From assembly GCA_000165345.1 (NCBI GenBank), contig CM000429.1, positions 800,001 to 864,000 on the forward strand: a stretch of DNA of 64,000 nt, read 5' to 3'. Below the pieces are notes generated by a model. The model was given only the letters and a program-made list of their open reading frames with translations, had not been told where the DNA came from and ran no database searches. Position 1 is the first letter of the stretch. Each line of letters begins with the position of its first letter. The position numbers and the translations under genes are program-made. This document shows, piece by piece, positions 10,344 through 27,503 of the stretch.

Positions 10344-11912
10344 ATGAAAACCAGAGATATTTCCAGGTTTGCAATCTTACTACTTTTTGGAGTGTTTCTC
10401 ACTGTTTCCGAGGCTTCTGAAGGTCCTATAGAACCTTTGGGAAAAGATGACTTGAACAGGGAAGAATCTATTAGATACAATGGAAATGATAATAATTTAA
10501 TTTCTAATTCTCAAGCTGTCATATTATCTGATGGTGATATTGAGGAAGGTTCCAGCCAAACTTCCACATCTACAGATCAAGAAGGACATTCTGAAAAGGG
10601 AGAGAAACGTAAAATTAATTCGTTATTACCAAATACAGAATATTGTACAGAAGAATTAAGTAAGCTATTAGATTTTCACTCAATTATATCTTCTTCTTGT
10701 GGAGTAGATGCTTTAAAGAAAGTTGGAGGATGGTTGCACAAACATAGGAATTCTCTTCCATATTGGCCATCAATAAATATATCGCCTCCAAAAAATCGAA
10801 TAACATTTTATGGTTGTGATTGGACAATTTGTGAAAGAGAAGTTGAGAATCAGATTGATCAAAAGCTTAAGAAGCTGCATTTACCAGTTAAACAAATAGG
10901 AAATACAGTTCAATCAGATGCTCGTAATTATGATAGTGCAAAAAGAGCTATAGATATTCAGATTAGAAATGGAAATATGTCAAAGTGCGAATTAATTAAT
11001 TCTATTGGTATTTGGTGGTGTCAAAAAGCTCTTCCTCAGTTAATTACTGATAAAGAAACAGCATACCATTCGATTTTCAAAGAATTCAATATTCATTTTG
11101 ATCAGCAATCTACAGTAAGCGGAAGCACTTCTATGGGCGATATATCAAATATGGAAGACCAACAAACCAATGTAATTGTTGAAGAAGACCAAGAGTTAAA
11201 TAAGGAGGTATCAGATGTATTTACAATGGCTTCAAGCAACAATGGTAAAGTTAATAAAGATTTCTACAAATATCCAAATAGGCTAGTTTTTCTTAAAACA
11301 GCTTTAGAAGACCCTATGGAATGTTATATAATACAGCCAGAAAAAGACTATGAAGCTACTACAAATGAGCTTAGGGAAATTTTGGATAATGAAAGAAATA
11401 GACTGGAGTCAAATCTTGCTTTCGTTTTACAAATTGGAACATCAATATGGGGCTCAAATAAAGCATTTTCACCATTAGGAAAAATTACTAATTCTGTACA
11501 AAGAATTATCAGTACAATGAGAATATACACTGAAGAAATACGTAGAGACTTATTTAAGTTATTTCCACCAACAGACTCAAATTCTGAAACTGTTCCTCTT
11601 CCACCACATGAAGATCTTGTGATACTTATATCAGAGATTTGCCGTATTCAGTCAATTACAGATGCGATTTCTCTTGTTATAATTAAACTTCTCCGTAGAA
11701 ATAAGATTTCAAAGAAAGCTTCAGAAGATGCGGAACACTTATTAATGAACTGGATGTTTGCAGATATGAATATAAACAAATCCCTAATTCCTGTTACAAG
11801 ACCTGTCGTCACTAAAAAAAGCAGCCCATTATTTATAGAAAGAGCTAAAAGAATGAAAATTAACGCATCGAGGATCACCAAATTTATGAATAATATTGCT
11901 GACAAAGATTAG
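10344..11912 (+). CDS. Secreted hypothetical protein (signal peptide)
   Basis: ATG start. N-terminal MKTRDISRFAILLLFGVFLTVSEA is a typical cleavable signal peptide. No recognisable domain. Confidence 0.5.
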   Translation: MKTRDISRFAILLLFGVFLTVSEASEGPIEPLGKDDLNREESIRYNGNDNNLISNSQAVILSDGDIEEGSSQTSTSTDQEGHSEKGEKRKINSLLPNTEYCTEELSKLLDFHSIISSSCGVDALKKVGGWLHKHRNSLPYWPSINISPPKNRITFYGCDWTICEREVENQIDQKLKKLHLPVKQIGNTVQSDARNYDSAKRAIDIQIRNGNMSKCELINSIGIWWCQKALPQLITDKETAYHSIFKEFNIHFDQQSTVSGSTSMGDISNMEDQQTNVIVEEDQELNKEVSDVFTMASSNNGKVNKDFYKYPNRLVFLKTALEDPMECYIIQPEKDYEATTNELREILDNERNRLESNLAFVLQIGTSIWGSNKAFSPLGKITNSVQRIISTMRIYTEEIRRDLFKLFPPTDSNSETVPLPPHEDLVILISEICRIQSITDAISLVIIKLLRRNKISKKASEDAEHLLMNWMFADMNINKSLIPVTRPVVTKKSSPLFIERAKRMKINASRITKFMNNIADKD

Positions 11913-12673
11913 AGAATATTTACTTTGTCTTAATACTTAAGTCCTTGTATATTTTAGGTTGTTTTTATGTTTAATTAATACTCGTTATATTTTGATATTA
12001 ATTAACTTTCTTCTATTCTTTATTATTCTTCTTTTCCCATTCTTCTTTCATATTTCCAAATCAATTCTAAATTCATAGGTCAATTTTCATTGTAATTAGT
12101 ACTGAAATTGAATGTGATTCTTCCATGAACTCGAAACTAATTTCTGACAAATATTGATATTGCCACGTAATTCATATTTACATTTAGATTAGGCGGGAAA
12201 TACCTTTTCAATAATTGGTTTGCATGGCATACAAGAGAATAGAGCAGAAATAGTATAAGAGAAAAATATGGTAGAATTGGGTAATAAAATGAAATAAAAA
12301 AATAAGTAAATGAACAGAAAATATGAAATTCGGAAATTAAACAATAGTTAGTGTGAGCCTTAGAGTAGGTAAGTAGCCTGAAAATTTTGAAGATAGTATA
12401 GTACATAAGTGTTTTACATTTACAAAATTGATAACAGTAGGTTCAAAAGGAATTTTTCATAATTTGAAATATCTCATTAATTTACTACATATCAATGTAG
12501 TGGTAATATACATATAATAAACAGATTGGCGCCAAGCCTTAAATCACAATATTATAGTTATTCCCTTTGGAACTTAACTTGCATTACTCTGCTAAATATT
12601 TATTAATACTTTAATGTTATATTGGAATAAACATAGAACTTCCAAAAAATATACCTGATTATAATTTGCTCAC

Positions 12674-13732
12674 TCATTCAATATCAGAGCGGATCTGATT
12701 AGCGACATCTCTAACATTTTTGATAAACTTTTCATCCCTTGACAGCTTGTATTTCTTAGATTTATGTGAACAGCAGGATTGCCTCTTTGAAGAGGTACAT
12801 TTCCTAAGTTTCTTTAAGTTTGATTCAATTTGCTCCTCAAGTGGAGACCAAATTCTGTTAGCAATGGATTGAGATTCAATTAAAATGATTGAAAATTCAT
12901 CAGATACTTTAAAGATCCAAAATGGAAGAATCTTAATTTTCTCTAATAAAGTGTTATCAATATGTCTCAATAGGAATGAAATCTTAGAAATAGTTGCAGC
13001 TTCCTTCTTACTAGGTTTAATAGCTGGGTTTTGCGAGGAAATTGGAGCTGATAAATCTTTAGAAAATTTAATCTTCTTAAATGATGGACTTTTAATAATG
13101 CCCCAAATTAGCTTTGAAAGTTCGAGTAAATTAGAGTTATGAATTTTAGATTTCTTTAGAATCATTTTCAACAGATAAATAAAATCTGATAATCTCGCAT
13201 ACCTTACTTCAATTTTCTTGAACTTATTGCAATATAATTCAAGCTTTTTTGCAACTTTTTTTGGGAATATATTTAATTGAGAGCTTTCAGAATGATGAAA
13301 ACATCTCTGTTTAACCAGCTTCAAGGTTTTGAGAGTTGAACGTGAAGTTGAATATAAGCAATTTGCAATTTCAAAGATATCTTTATTTTTTTTAGAGTCA
13401 CTAATAAGATCGACTTTGAAATATTTACGGTTTATATATAAGCTTTCAGAAAGAGTGTAAATTGCCATTTGCACAGTAAAATCATATCCGGCCCCCTTAG
13501 GAATAGTACTTCTTGCATATTCTGATGATGAATTAAGCTTTATTAAATTTTCCTTTTCTGAGTTTGAAAGCTTTTTAGTGAAAAAGTTGTAAGTTTGTTC
13601 CAATTGTTGGCTGGAAATTCGGAGATTTACGGTATCTGACTTATTAAGATCTAAGTCCAAGGCAGATGCCAAGGCAAAGAATAGAATTTCAAAAAATAAT
13701 TTGAAAGTCAGAATTAATCTAACCTTCATCAT
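12674..13732 (-). CDS. Secreted hypothetical protein (signal peptide)
   Basis: ATG start. N-terminal MMKVRLILTFKLFFEILFFALASA signal peptide. Lys-rich, no recognisable domain. Confidence 0.5.
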   Translation of the reverse strand: MMKVRLILTFKLFFEILFFALASALDLDLNKSDTVNLRISSQQLEQTYNFFTKKLSNSEKENLIKLNSSSEYARSTIPKGAGYDFTVQMAIYTLSESLYINRKYFKVDLISDSKKNKDIFEIANCLYSTSRSTLKTLKLVKQRCFHHSESSQLNIFPKKVAKKLELYCNKFKKIEVRYARLSDFIYLLKMILKKSKIHNSNLLELSKLIWGIIKSPSFKKIKFSKDLSAPISSQNPAIKPSKKEAATISKISFLLRHIDNTLLEKIKILPFWIFKVSDEFSIILIESQSIANRIWSPLEEQIESNLKKLRKCTSSKRQSCCSHKSKKYKLSRDEKFIKNVRDVANQIRSDIE

Positions 13733-13774
13733 AAATTATTTTTCTTCTGAATTAACAAAATTACCAAGGATAAT

Positions 13775-13794
13775 GTGCGCATTTGCGCGGTAAA
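13775..13794. promoter_or_regulatory. E2F-like GTGCGCATTTGCGCGGTAAA upstream of the minus-strand secreted-protein gene
   Basis: TTTGCGCGG fits TTTSGCGCS. Confidence 0.4.
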
Positions 13795-14033
13795 CTTCAC
13801 GTTACCGTATAAACCCATTAAAATAATGAAAAGAATAATTATTATAGAATAAAGATATAAAGAAATGCAATAATTGATTTCTTTTTTTTTTAGAGTTTTC
13901 ACTTATTATTATAATTGGTTTGGACACAATTTTAGGTAATTTTGTATGGAAAATGATTGTTTTGTGTATTTTTCATATGCAAATGAATGCATATATTGGA
14001 ATTATAGTATTGCAGTGATATTAACTTTGTTAA

Positions 14034-14651
14034 TCACATTAGACTAAAGTGATTTAATGATTCAATATTAGATTTATGATCAGAGACATTTGGTTTCGAT
14101 TCATACACTGCTTGTACTGCTTTTCTTTGATATCCTGAACTTTCACCTACAATCCTAATATAATAAATCCAACTCTGATCATTTGTGAATGAGCTTGGAA
14201 AATGCATGACCAAAAGGTTTACATTCTTAAATCTAGATACTTTCAAGGCATAGTCAACAGTTCCACAGTAATCCTCAACTAAATCTAAGCTTTGAACAGG
14301 TTCTTGGTCGGAAATGGTTGAAAAGTCTAAATTTTCATCATTTATATAGAGATTCATTCTATTTGGGGACTTGCCGTTCTCTCCTCCTATAATATTTATA
14401 GAATGAATTGTACAGGGAGAAGAAAATCTCACAAAAATGATCAACTCTGGGTCATCATCCTGGGATTTACATACTTTATCTTCAGATAACCTATCTTCGT
14501 ATGGCCTAAAAATACCTCTGCATGAACCTACATTAAGCTCATTTAAAGCCATTACTTTATCCAACTCAATTTCAGAAAGTAAATCTTTTCCACTTGTTAT
14601 TACAGCTTCATGCTGGCAGCTACACCCTGCACCCCCATGCTCTCCTGGCAT
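14034..14651 (-). CDS. PITH-domain protein (PITHD1 / DUF1000 homolog)
   Basis: MPGEHGGAGCSCQHE...SCRGIFRPYEDR...LIIFVRFSSPCTIHSINIIGGENGKSPNRMNLYIN...YALKVSRFKNV...YYIRIVGE is collinear with PITHD1 (HGGGGCRC...GRGVFKPWEER...LLFNIPFTGNVKLKGIII...MRLYKN...YATKISRFSNV...FYIGLRGE). The ORF-track start at 14657 is a TTG; the real ATG is at 14651. Confidence 0.75.
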   Translation of the reverse strand: MPGEHGGAGCSCQHEAVITSGKDLLSEIELDKVMALNELNVGSCRGIFRPYEDRLSEDKVCKSQDDDPELIIFVRFSSPCTIHSINIIGGENGKSPNRMNLYINDENLDFSTISDQEPVQSLDLVEDYCGTVDYALKVSRFKNVNLLVMHFPSSFTNDQSWIYYIRIVGESSGYQRKAVQAVYESKPNVSDHKSNIESLNHFSLM

Positions 14652-14778
14652 TTTCAATTCACTGTTATATATAATTAAATTTGTTTATGTTTTTTTAAAC
14701 CTAAACTTTTTTTAGGCTCTTCTTATATACTAACTTCCCCTCACCACACTGCTGGTATTACTCGTTAAATAATGACAT

Positions 14779-14822
14779 GCGGCGCCATATTCAGGCGCCT
14801 GAGATACCGCGCCTACACGTGT
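14779..14822. promoter_or_regulatory. GC island with two GGCGCC cores and CACGTG (GCGGCGCCATATTCAGGCGCCTGAGATACCGCGCCTACACGTG) in the divergent PITH/CHD promoter
   Basis: 44 bp at >60% GC in a ~25% GC intergenic region. Repeated GGCGCC(A/T) units. Confidence 0.5.
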
Positions 14823-15337
14823 TTAAATTTTTAAAAAATTGAGAGAAAAAAAAGAAACTAGTTAAAATGATATGATAAAGTATTGGCTTCTATAAATTGG
14901 ATTAGAATACCTTAACTTCAATGATTAGTAAACTTGTAGTGTTTAGTATGTTGTGTTTATTACTTTAGAAAGAATAGAGATGCCTAGTGTAAAGTAGAAT
15001 GTGAGTAAATGTGAGGAAAGATGCAAGAAAAGTGAGCTTTGTTTCGAGTAGGAGTTAAGATTTGTATAAAGTGGATCATTAATTTCCTAATAAGCAAGCT
15101 TTAATATAGGGAAAATAGTCGCTACGGAATAGGAAGGTTGCAAATTCTATAGTTTTATTTGTAATAGTATAAAGAAAATTAAATTCTTTTATTAATCAGC
15201 GCCTATGCTAAAATATATGTTTATTTATTTAAAGACATTTGTCTAGCTTAAAAAGGCCAGAAAATTAATATTGAATAAAAGTGTACATAAATTAAGTCAA
15301 AGTCCTGATGGAAGCTTACTAGCAACTGTATTGATTA

Positions 15338-21505
<6,168 letters not shown>

Positions 21506-22077
21506 TCTTAATCTTGGCCAAGCCAAAAGTTCTAAACAAATACTCGAGCAAAAGAGAATTTTATCTTCACTTGACTAAGCAGAGCTAAAACACCAAAAGC
21601 CCCCTTATCACCATCTATAAATTCATGGAGCAGCTTAGAATTGTCAAGAAGTCATGGTTTAAGTTGGACTTTTTTGTGATTGCCAGTATATAATATTCAA
21701 TTTTCATTAAATATATCAACAAGGGGTTAAGGAGGAGAAGGAATTATCAGACCCGTATTATGATTACGGCTTGTTTCTTCAATTTATCACTTCTAAGCCA
21801 AGAAATGTGTTCAATACTGTGAGATTCTAATGCAAAATCCAATGCGAAATCCAACGCAAAATACAATGCAAAATCATCCTCCTTATTTAACCTCAAATTT
21901 TTATCGAACTCATTTTCCTCCTCTATTTATACTTTTTTTTTCAAACTCTTATAATTATTTATTTTATAAATTTATTTGTTTCTTTTAACTTTTTAATTAT
22001 CAATCTAATCCCATTCTATCCCAATTCCTTTTCTATTCCTATTTACAACATTTAATTTAATTATCCACATAAAATCA

Positions 22078-22147
22078 ATGCATGCATTAATTAATTAATT
22101 AAATTATTTTCCCACGTGTGCATTCAAAGAGAAATTGCATGTGGGGT
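22078..22147. promoter_or_regulatory. TGCATGCA (AP2-type) + CACGTGTG + TGCATGTGGGG (G-box) cluster ~330 bp upstream of the EGF-protein gene
   Basis: Motifs directly visible. Confidence 0.4.
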
Positions 22148-22466
22148 TTTATTTTCTATACCGGTATTTTATTATTCAAAAAATAAAAATAAAAGAAAAT
22201 ATTATTTTAATATTGAAAAAAAAAATTAATAATAATATAACTAGAAATTTGAACTAGGTTTTCAAAATTTAAGGTAATTCAATACTCACAAAAAATTTAT
22301 AAAACCAAAATATTTCATTTTAAAATAAAAAATAAGTTATATCTCCAAAGTTTTATTTAAATTCTGTTTAATTCAAAATACACGTAAGAAATAAAATTAA
22401 ATAAATCATTCATTTTAAGAAATACAAATTTTTATTAATATTATTATATAATGTTATATTATTAAT

Positions 22467-23258
22467 ATGTTACTCCCAAATGAAAATAACTCAAAAGAAA
22501 TAAATAATAATAGCCATATTTCTACTACTCCAAATGATAATTTAATTATTAAAGTTTCTAACCAACTTAGAAATTTGCAAAACTTACCATTTGAATCAAT
22601 TTGTGCTGGTGATCAAACAATCAATTGTGGGGAAAATGGCAAATGTATTTCTTTACCAAATGTTAATAATCAAAAGCAATTCTTATGTGTATGCAGCGAT
22701 GGATTTACTGGTCCATCTTGTAAAACTGGTAAGTTTATTGATCAATTATTTATTCTTTCTTTTAATTTAAAAAAAAAACTCAACTTAGCATGGGACGCTT
22801 GTTTAACTTCTGGGCCTACTTCTCTATGTTTAAATGGTGGAATTTGTACTAGTAAAGATACCCCACCATATTACGAATGTAAATGTACTGTTGGATTCAC
22901 TGGTATTAATTGTGAAGTTGAAAACAATGTCTGCAAAACAAATAATCCATGCCAAAATGGAGGTAAATGTTCATATATTGGAGAAAATTTACCCATTATA
23001 TGTACTTGCCTTACTGGTTACTCTGGTGATTATTGTCAAATTATTGTTAAACATGGCATTGGTGGAGCTGGGGTAAAACTTCATCCAGGACAAATTATTA
23101 TGATATGGGGATTTCTCTTATTTATCCTTGCTACTATTCTATATTGTACATTCTCAGTTGTGTATGATATAATTGTACAAATTAGAGCGAAAAAAAGAAA
23201 AGATCAACAAGAAAAAGATGATGATATGGATTCCCCATCCCAATCTGATGAAAAGTAG
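22467..23258 (+). CDS. EGF-repeat type-I membrane protein (possibly join(22467..22728,22789..23258); 5' signal-peptide exon may be missing)
   Basis: Three or more EGF-like modules (CxCxxGFTGPSC; CKCTVGFTGINCE; CTCLTGYSGDYCQ). These are followed by a TM helix IIMIWGFLLFILATILYCTF and a charged tail. No N-terminal signal peptide in the ORF as drawn. Confidence 0.6.
   Translation: MLLPNENNSKEINNNSHISTTPNDNLIIKVSNQLRNLQNLPFESICAGDQTINCGENGKCISLPNVNNQKQFLCVCSDGFTGPSCKTGKFIDQLFILSFNLKKKLNLAWDACLTSGPTSLCLNGGICTSKDTPPYYECKCTVGFTGINCEVENNVCKTNNPCQNGGKCSYIGENLPIICTCLTGYSGDYCQIIVKHGIGGAGVKLHPGQIIMIWGFLLFILATILYCTFSVVYDIIVQIRAKKRKDQQEKDDDMDSPSQSDEK
22729..22788 (+). other. Candidate in-frame 60-nt intron in the EGF-protein gene (GTAAGTT...CAACTTAG)
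   Basis: Begins with a GTAAGT donor and ends in TTAG. 85% AT. Removal shortens an atypically long 26-aa linker between EGF modules to 6 aa. Its length is a multiple of 3, so the ORF alone cannot decide. Confidence 0.45.
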
Positions 23259-23632
23259 TATTCAACGATTAATTATCACAGATTACTATTATCAATTCAA
23301 TTACAAACTAAATATTAATATTATTATTATCGTAACAAGTAGTTAAATTCGTTTTCTTATTCTATTTCAATTCCCTCTCTCTTTATCTCCTCTCTCTTCC
23401 TCTTTCTTTATTCATCCTTTTATCTCTTCCTATCGCTTTCCCTCCTCTTTTTCCCTTCCTCCTCTCTTCATCATAAAATCATTAATTCTTGGTTTCTATC
23501 CACTTAACTTTCTTCTATTCTCTTACTATTTACTTTACCATTATATTTATTTGAATTAGTCTCACTCTTAACCTCTTTCTCTATTTCTCTCCCCCTCTTT
23601 CTCTTTATCTTTCTTTCTTTCTCTCTCTTTCC

Positions 23633-23683
<51 letters not shown>

Positions 23684-24831
23684 CCCTATTTTTTCTCCTC
23701 TTTTCTTTTTTCGCTGATTAACACCCTAATAATATGTCATAATTCTCTTCTTACATTACCTAAAAATATCTTATCTTATTTTAAATACAAATACAATTTC
23801 AACAACTTTTAAATATTTTATTTAAACTATTTGTTGGTTTTAGCGTTAAAAATTCATCTTTTTCAAAAGAACGAAATCCAAACTTCTTAAACATTAATAA
23901 GTATCTATTTGATTATATTTCCTTTTCCGTTTCTTATTTATTATTTCACTTCTATAATTATTTTCATTCCCTTCTTATTATAAATTATAAACCTGTGTAA
24001 ACTGAACTTTAAAAATTAATATTAATCCATTTTTTCCTATGAATTTATCAATATATTATCCAATAATCATATCATAGAACAAAATCAAAAAATAATAATA
24101 AATAAAATAGAACTCTAATTATTAAGACATAATTATTTTCCAATATTCAAATTTCTCATATTTTTATTTAGGAAAAAAAATAATATAGAATTACCAATAA
24201 TATAATATATATATATATTTATTCATTTATTCTATCCCCTATTTTCCTCAAATATTAATTATTCATTTCTCTCTTTATATTTAATTAATAGGTTTAAAAT
24301 ATTATATATATATTACAATATTTAACTTGCTATTTCGTTATTATAATCCGATAATTATCTATACATGTTTGTGGATTTAATTGTATGTGTTATTATTATT
24401 ATTATATTCATTGCTACTCTAAAAATTAAACCTGTTCATTCTTATCCATTACAATCCTCTAATATTAAGTTCTCATATGTAAAAAAAAATATTGTGTATT
24501 TATCTTTTCTTTATTCTTTAAATCCAAATACAAAAACAAAATAAATCATTTCTACATATTTATATACCAGCCAAACTAAATATATACATATAAATATATT
24601 TGAATAAACCCTTATTAATTAAGACTTTATTTGAAATTAAATATCTTCTCCCATTTTTATTCCTTTAAAGTCTTCTTAAATATATTAAAAGAATATTGTT
24701 GTTCGATTGAGATTTTTTCAAAAAAAGAAAAAGAAAATCCTTGAATTTCAATTATTTTTATGTATATATGTATATATACATAAAAATATATATTAAAATA
24801 ATAAATAAGTATTATTATTGTTTGACCCTTT

Positions 24832-27210
24832 TTACTCAGTCTTGACATCCTTCTGATCTACACCATTAAACAAATAACATGAAAATAAAGCACTAAGTAA
24901 AATAATCAACCAATGTATTATTGTTGGTTGAGAATTACTATATCTTGATGAAGAATTTTTATTATCCGAATTATTATCTTGATTCTCATTTTTAGAATCT
25001 GATGGTGAATTATTAGCATCCTGAACATTCTTTTGAATTTGAGTATTTTCAGTATTATCAGCAATATCGTCAATATCATGCAATTGTTGCTTTAAATATA
25101 ATATCAGCATATCATTGTTTCCTAAATTTTCATAATTAATACTTTGATTATAGTAATCAACTGAATGATTTGTAACACCAGTATATTGTACAGCTGATGG
25201 AGATAAATACGAGGAGAGTGAGGATGGCGAAGTCAAGTTTTTTGGCTCCCAATGTGATTCTGAAATTGTATCATTATCTGCACTATGTCTATAATTTGGT
25301 GGATTTTTACTAGATGTACCAGAACTTAAATTAGGATTTTGATTATTAATATTATTATTATTACTGTTACCATTTTCAATATTTATATGTTTTGTATTTG
25401 AATCAAATACTACAACTTCAGATTTCATAATTGATTCTGGTGATGAAGTTGATGCATCTTTTAATAATTGTGACATCTCAGATGTAGAAGTTCTTCTTGC
25501 ATGTGCAATTTGGGGACAATTCGACTTGACAAATGAAGCTCTTGAATTTTTTACATCAATAATAACATCCTTATTAATAAAGAATGATGCACCAAGTACT
25601 AAGAATGATTTATCAGAATCAAATCCCAAACAATAAGTATTTCTGTATTTTTTGTAAAGATATTGAGCTGGCTCCCATTCAACTTTTAAACCTGGGAATC
25701 CCAAAGTAATAGTTGGGAAACGTGACATTTCATTTGGATCTCTTAATTTCCAACATCTTTCACCTTTTGATGTTTCAAGCATTATCCTTGATACTGAAGA
25801 ATCAATATCAAATTCTTGTGAAGAGAATAATGTGTTAATAGTAGAAGTAGTAGTACTAGTTGTTGTTTGATTAAAATGATTTGAAACTTCATTACTATTA
25901 TTTAACTGATTGTTACTTGATTCAATATCCTCATTAGTAAAGTTCTCAGGATGTACAGTTGAATTAAAAGTATTAACAATATCTTCAATATTATTAAGCC
26001 TTCTATATACTCTTTTTCTAAGTAATGCAGCACCAGGAATTTCACCAGGGAAAATTGAAATTTGTTTAATTCCTAACTCCAATTCATTTTGAGATGATGA
26101 TGATTTAAGACCAGTATATTCCAAAAATTTGGAGCCGGCTTCAATAAGACTTCTAAAAGTTGACTTATTTTCAGTCTCTGCAATTCTTTGATTAATAACA
26201 TTCAATATTTGAATAAAAATATGCTCAGGGAAATATGATAATGTTGTACCACTATCAATAACAAGTGGAATAGGTTTTGTATTACCAGATGATGAATCTT
26301 TATGCAAAGTTAATTTAGTTTGATAAACACTTACTTTAGTTAATTGAACATAATAATTTCCATTCAAAATAGATAAAGGAGTCCAACCAATTTTTGAATC
26401 CAAATTATTTCCTCTTGAATTTGAACGTGATTGACTATTACTAGAACTTGATAAAAATGAATATCCAAGTGCTCTTTCAAACAAATTAGATTCAGAAGTA
26501 GACCTAAATGATTTATCATTGGATCCTAAAACCCAATATTCAGAATTATAACCACCAAAAGAAATCATACCACCTTCTGAACTAAAGCATAAAGATAAAA
26601 TAGCATCTTTAGCATATTTAGATCTTTTTGTCCATGTTTGGAATAATGGTGCCCTTTCTTGAGAACTTGCAGTATAAGCTAATCCAAGAATACCAGAAGC
26701 TGCTTGAGTAAAGAATAGATTAGTTTCATGAGTAATTCCACCAAAAATGGTTGATAATCCAACAACATATGGTGAAGGCTCAGAATTAACTCCTTTTTCA
26801 TTTCTGATTGCAACAAAATCCTCAAAGTAACTTCCTGATAAACTGCTTCCTTCTAAATAATGAATAGTATAAGCACATTGCTTTTTATTATTCACACAAA
26901 CTTTGCAATAAGAATGGCATGGGACTTCCCTTTTTGTTATACTTTTAAAAGGGTCATAATATGCATCAAGGTGTGTCCCACACTGTTGACATTGAGTACT
27001 ACTGAAAGCAAGAAGGTTACTTCCTGTATCCAAAATAACACTCTGTCTCTGAGGTTCTGGAAGTCCAACAAAAATATCGGAATAATAATAGGCTGTTGAA
27101 ACAATACTACCATAAGCCTTCATTTGAATTCTTGCTTCAACCCTTGAGAAGCTACATCCAAATAGAACTGCTCCTCCCAGAGTAGCAATAAGTATTTTCA
27201 TTATATTCAT
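24832..27210 (-). CDS. Membrane-anchored pepsin-like (A1) aspartyl protease
   Basis: Signal peptide MNIMKILIATLGGAVLFGCSFS. Catalytic motifs VILDTGSNL and LVIDSGTTL. Cys-rich insert CQQCG...C...C..C...C between them, nepenthesin-like. C-terminal TM helix IIHWLIILLSALFSCYLF. Large low-complexity Asn/Ser insertions. Confidence 0.8.
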   Translation of the reverse strand: MNIMKILIATLGGAVLFGCSFSRVEARIQMKAYGSIVSTAYYYSDIFVGLPEPQRQSVILDTGSNLLAFSSTQCQQCGTHLDAYYDPFKSITKREVPCHSYCKVCVNNKKQCAYTIHYLEGSSLSGSYFEDFVAIRNEKGVNSEPSPYVVGLSTIFGGITHETNLFFTQAASGILGLAYTASSQERAPLFQTWTKRSKYAKDAILSLCFSSEGGMISFGGYNSEYWVLGSNDKSFRSTSESNLFERALGYSFLSSSSNSQSRSNSRGNNLDSKIGWTPLSILNGNYYVQLTKVSVYQTKLTLHKDSSSGNTKPIPLVIDSGTTLSYFPEHIFIQILNVINQRIAETENKSTFRSLIEAGSKFLEYTGLKSSSSQNELELGIKQISIFPGEIPGAALLRKRVYRRLNNIEDIVNTFNSTVHPENFTNEDIESSNNQLNNSNEVSNHFNQTTTSTTTSTINTLFSSQEFDIDSSVSRIMLETSKGERCWKLRDPNEMSRFPTITLGFPGLKVEWEPAQYLYKKYRNTYCLGFDSDKSFLVLGASFFINKDVIIDVKNSRASFVKSNCPQIAHARRTSTSEMSQLLKDASTSSPESIMKSEVVVFDSNTKHINIENGNSNNNNINNQNPNLSSGTSSKNPPNYRHSADNDTISESHWEPKNLTSPSSLSSYLSPSAVQYTGVTNHSVDYYNQSINYENLGNNDMLILYLKQQLHDIDDIADNTENTQIQKNVQDANNSPSDSKNENQDNNSDNKNSSSRYSNSQPTIIHWLIILLSALFSCYLFNGVDQKDVKTE

Positions 27211-27482
27211 TCTAGTTAAATCGATTCGTACCTTCTCTTGAAATTTTTTTTTTTTTGATTTATGTCAACTCAAGAAATTATTCCAATCTTCCAGCCGTAC
27301 CTCGAAACTTATTTCGAAACTTTCCCCAATATGTTTGGCAACCAGCCTCTCACTTCCTCTAATTCAAGCTTCCCTATGTAGACAGTGCACGCAATACTGT
27401 CTATTCACACCAAGATGCAACAAAGCCTTTATTGATTTTTTTTTCTTACGCCTAAACTGCAACTCTTGCCTATTCCTGCTGT

Positions 27483-27503
27483 CCAATGAGCCCGCCTGAA
27501 AAT
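27483..27503. promoter_or_regulatory. CCAAT box + inverted E2F-like GCCCGCCTGAAAA in the divergent aspartyl-protease/CDC20 region; second GCCCGCC at 27721
   Basis: CCAATGAGCCCGCCTGAAAA. Confidence 0.4.

Noticed and set aside
12137-12406. 89-aa minus-strand ORF in the convergent spacer
   Set aside because: It is a Phe/Tyr/Ile-rich translation of AT-rich DNA with no start context. It is typical noise at this base composition.
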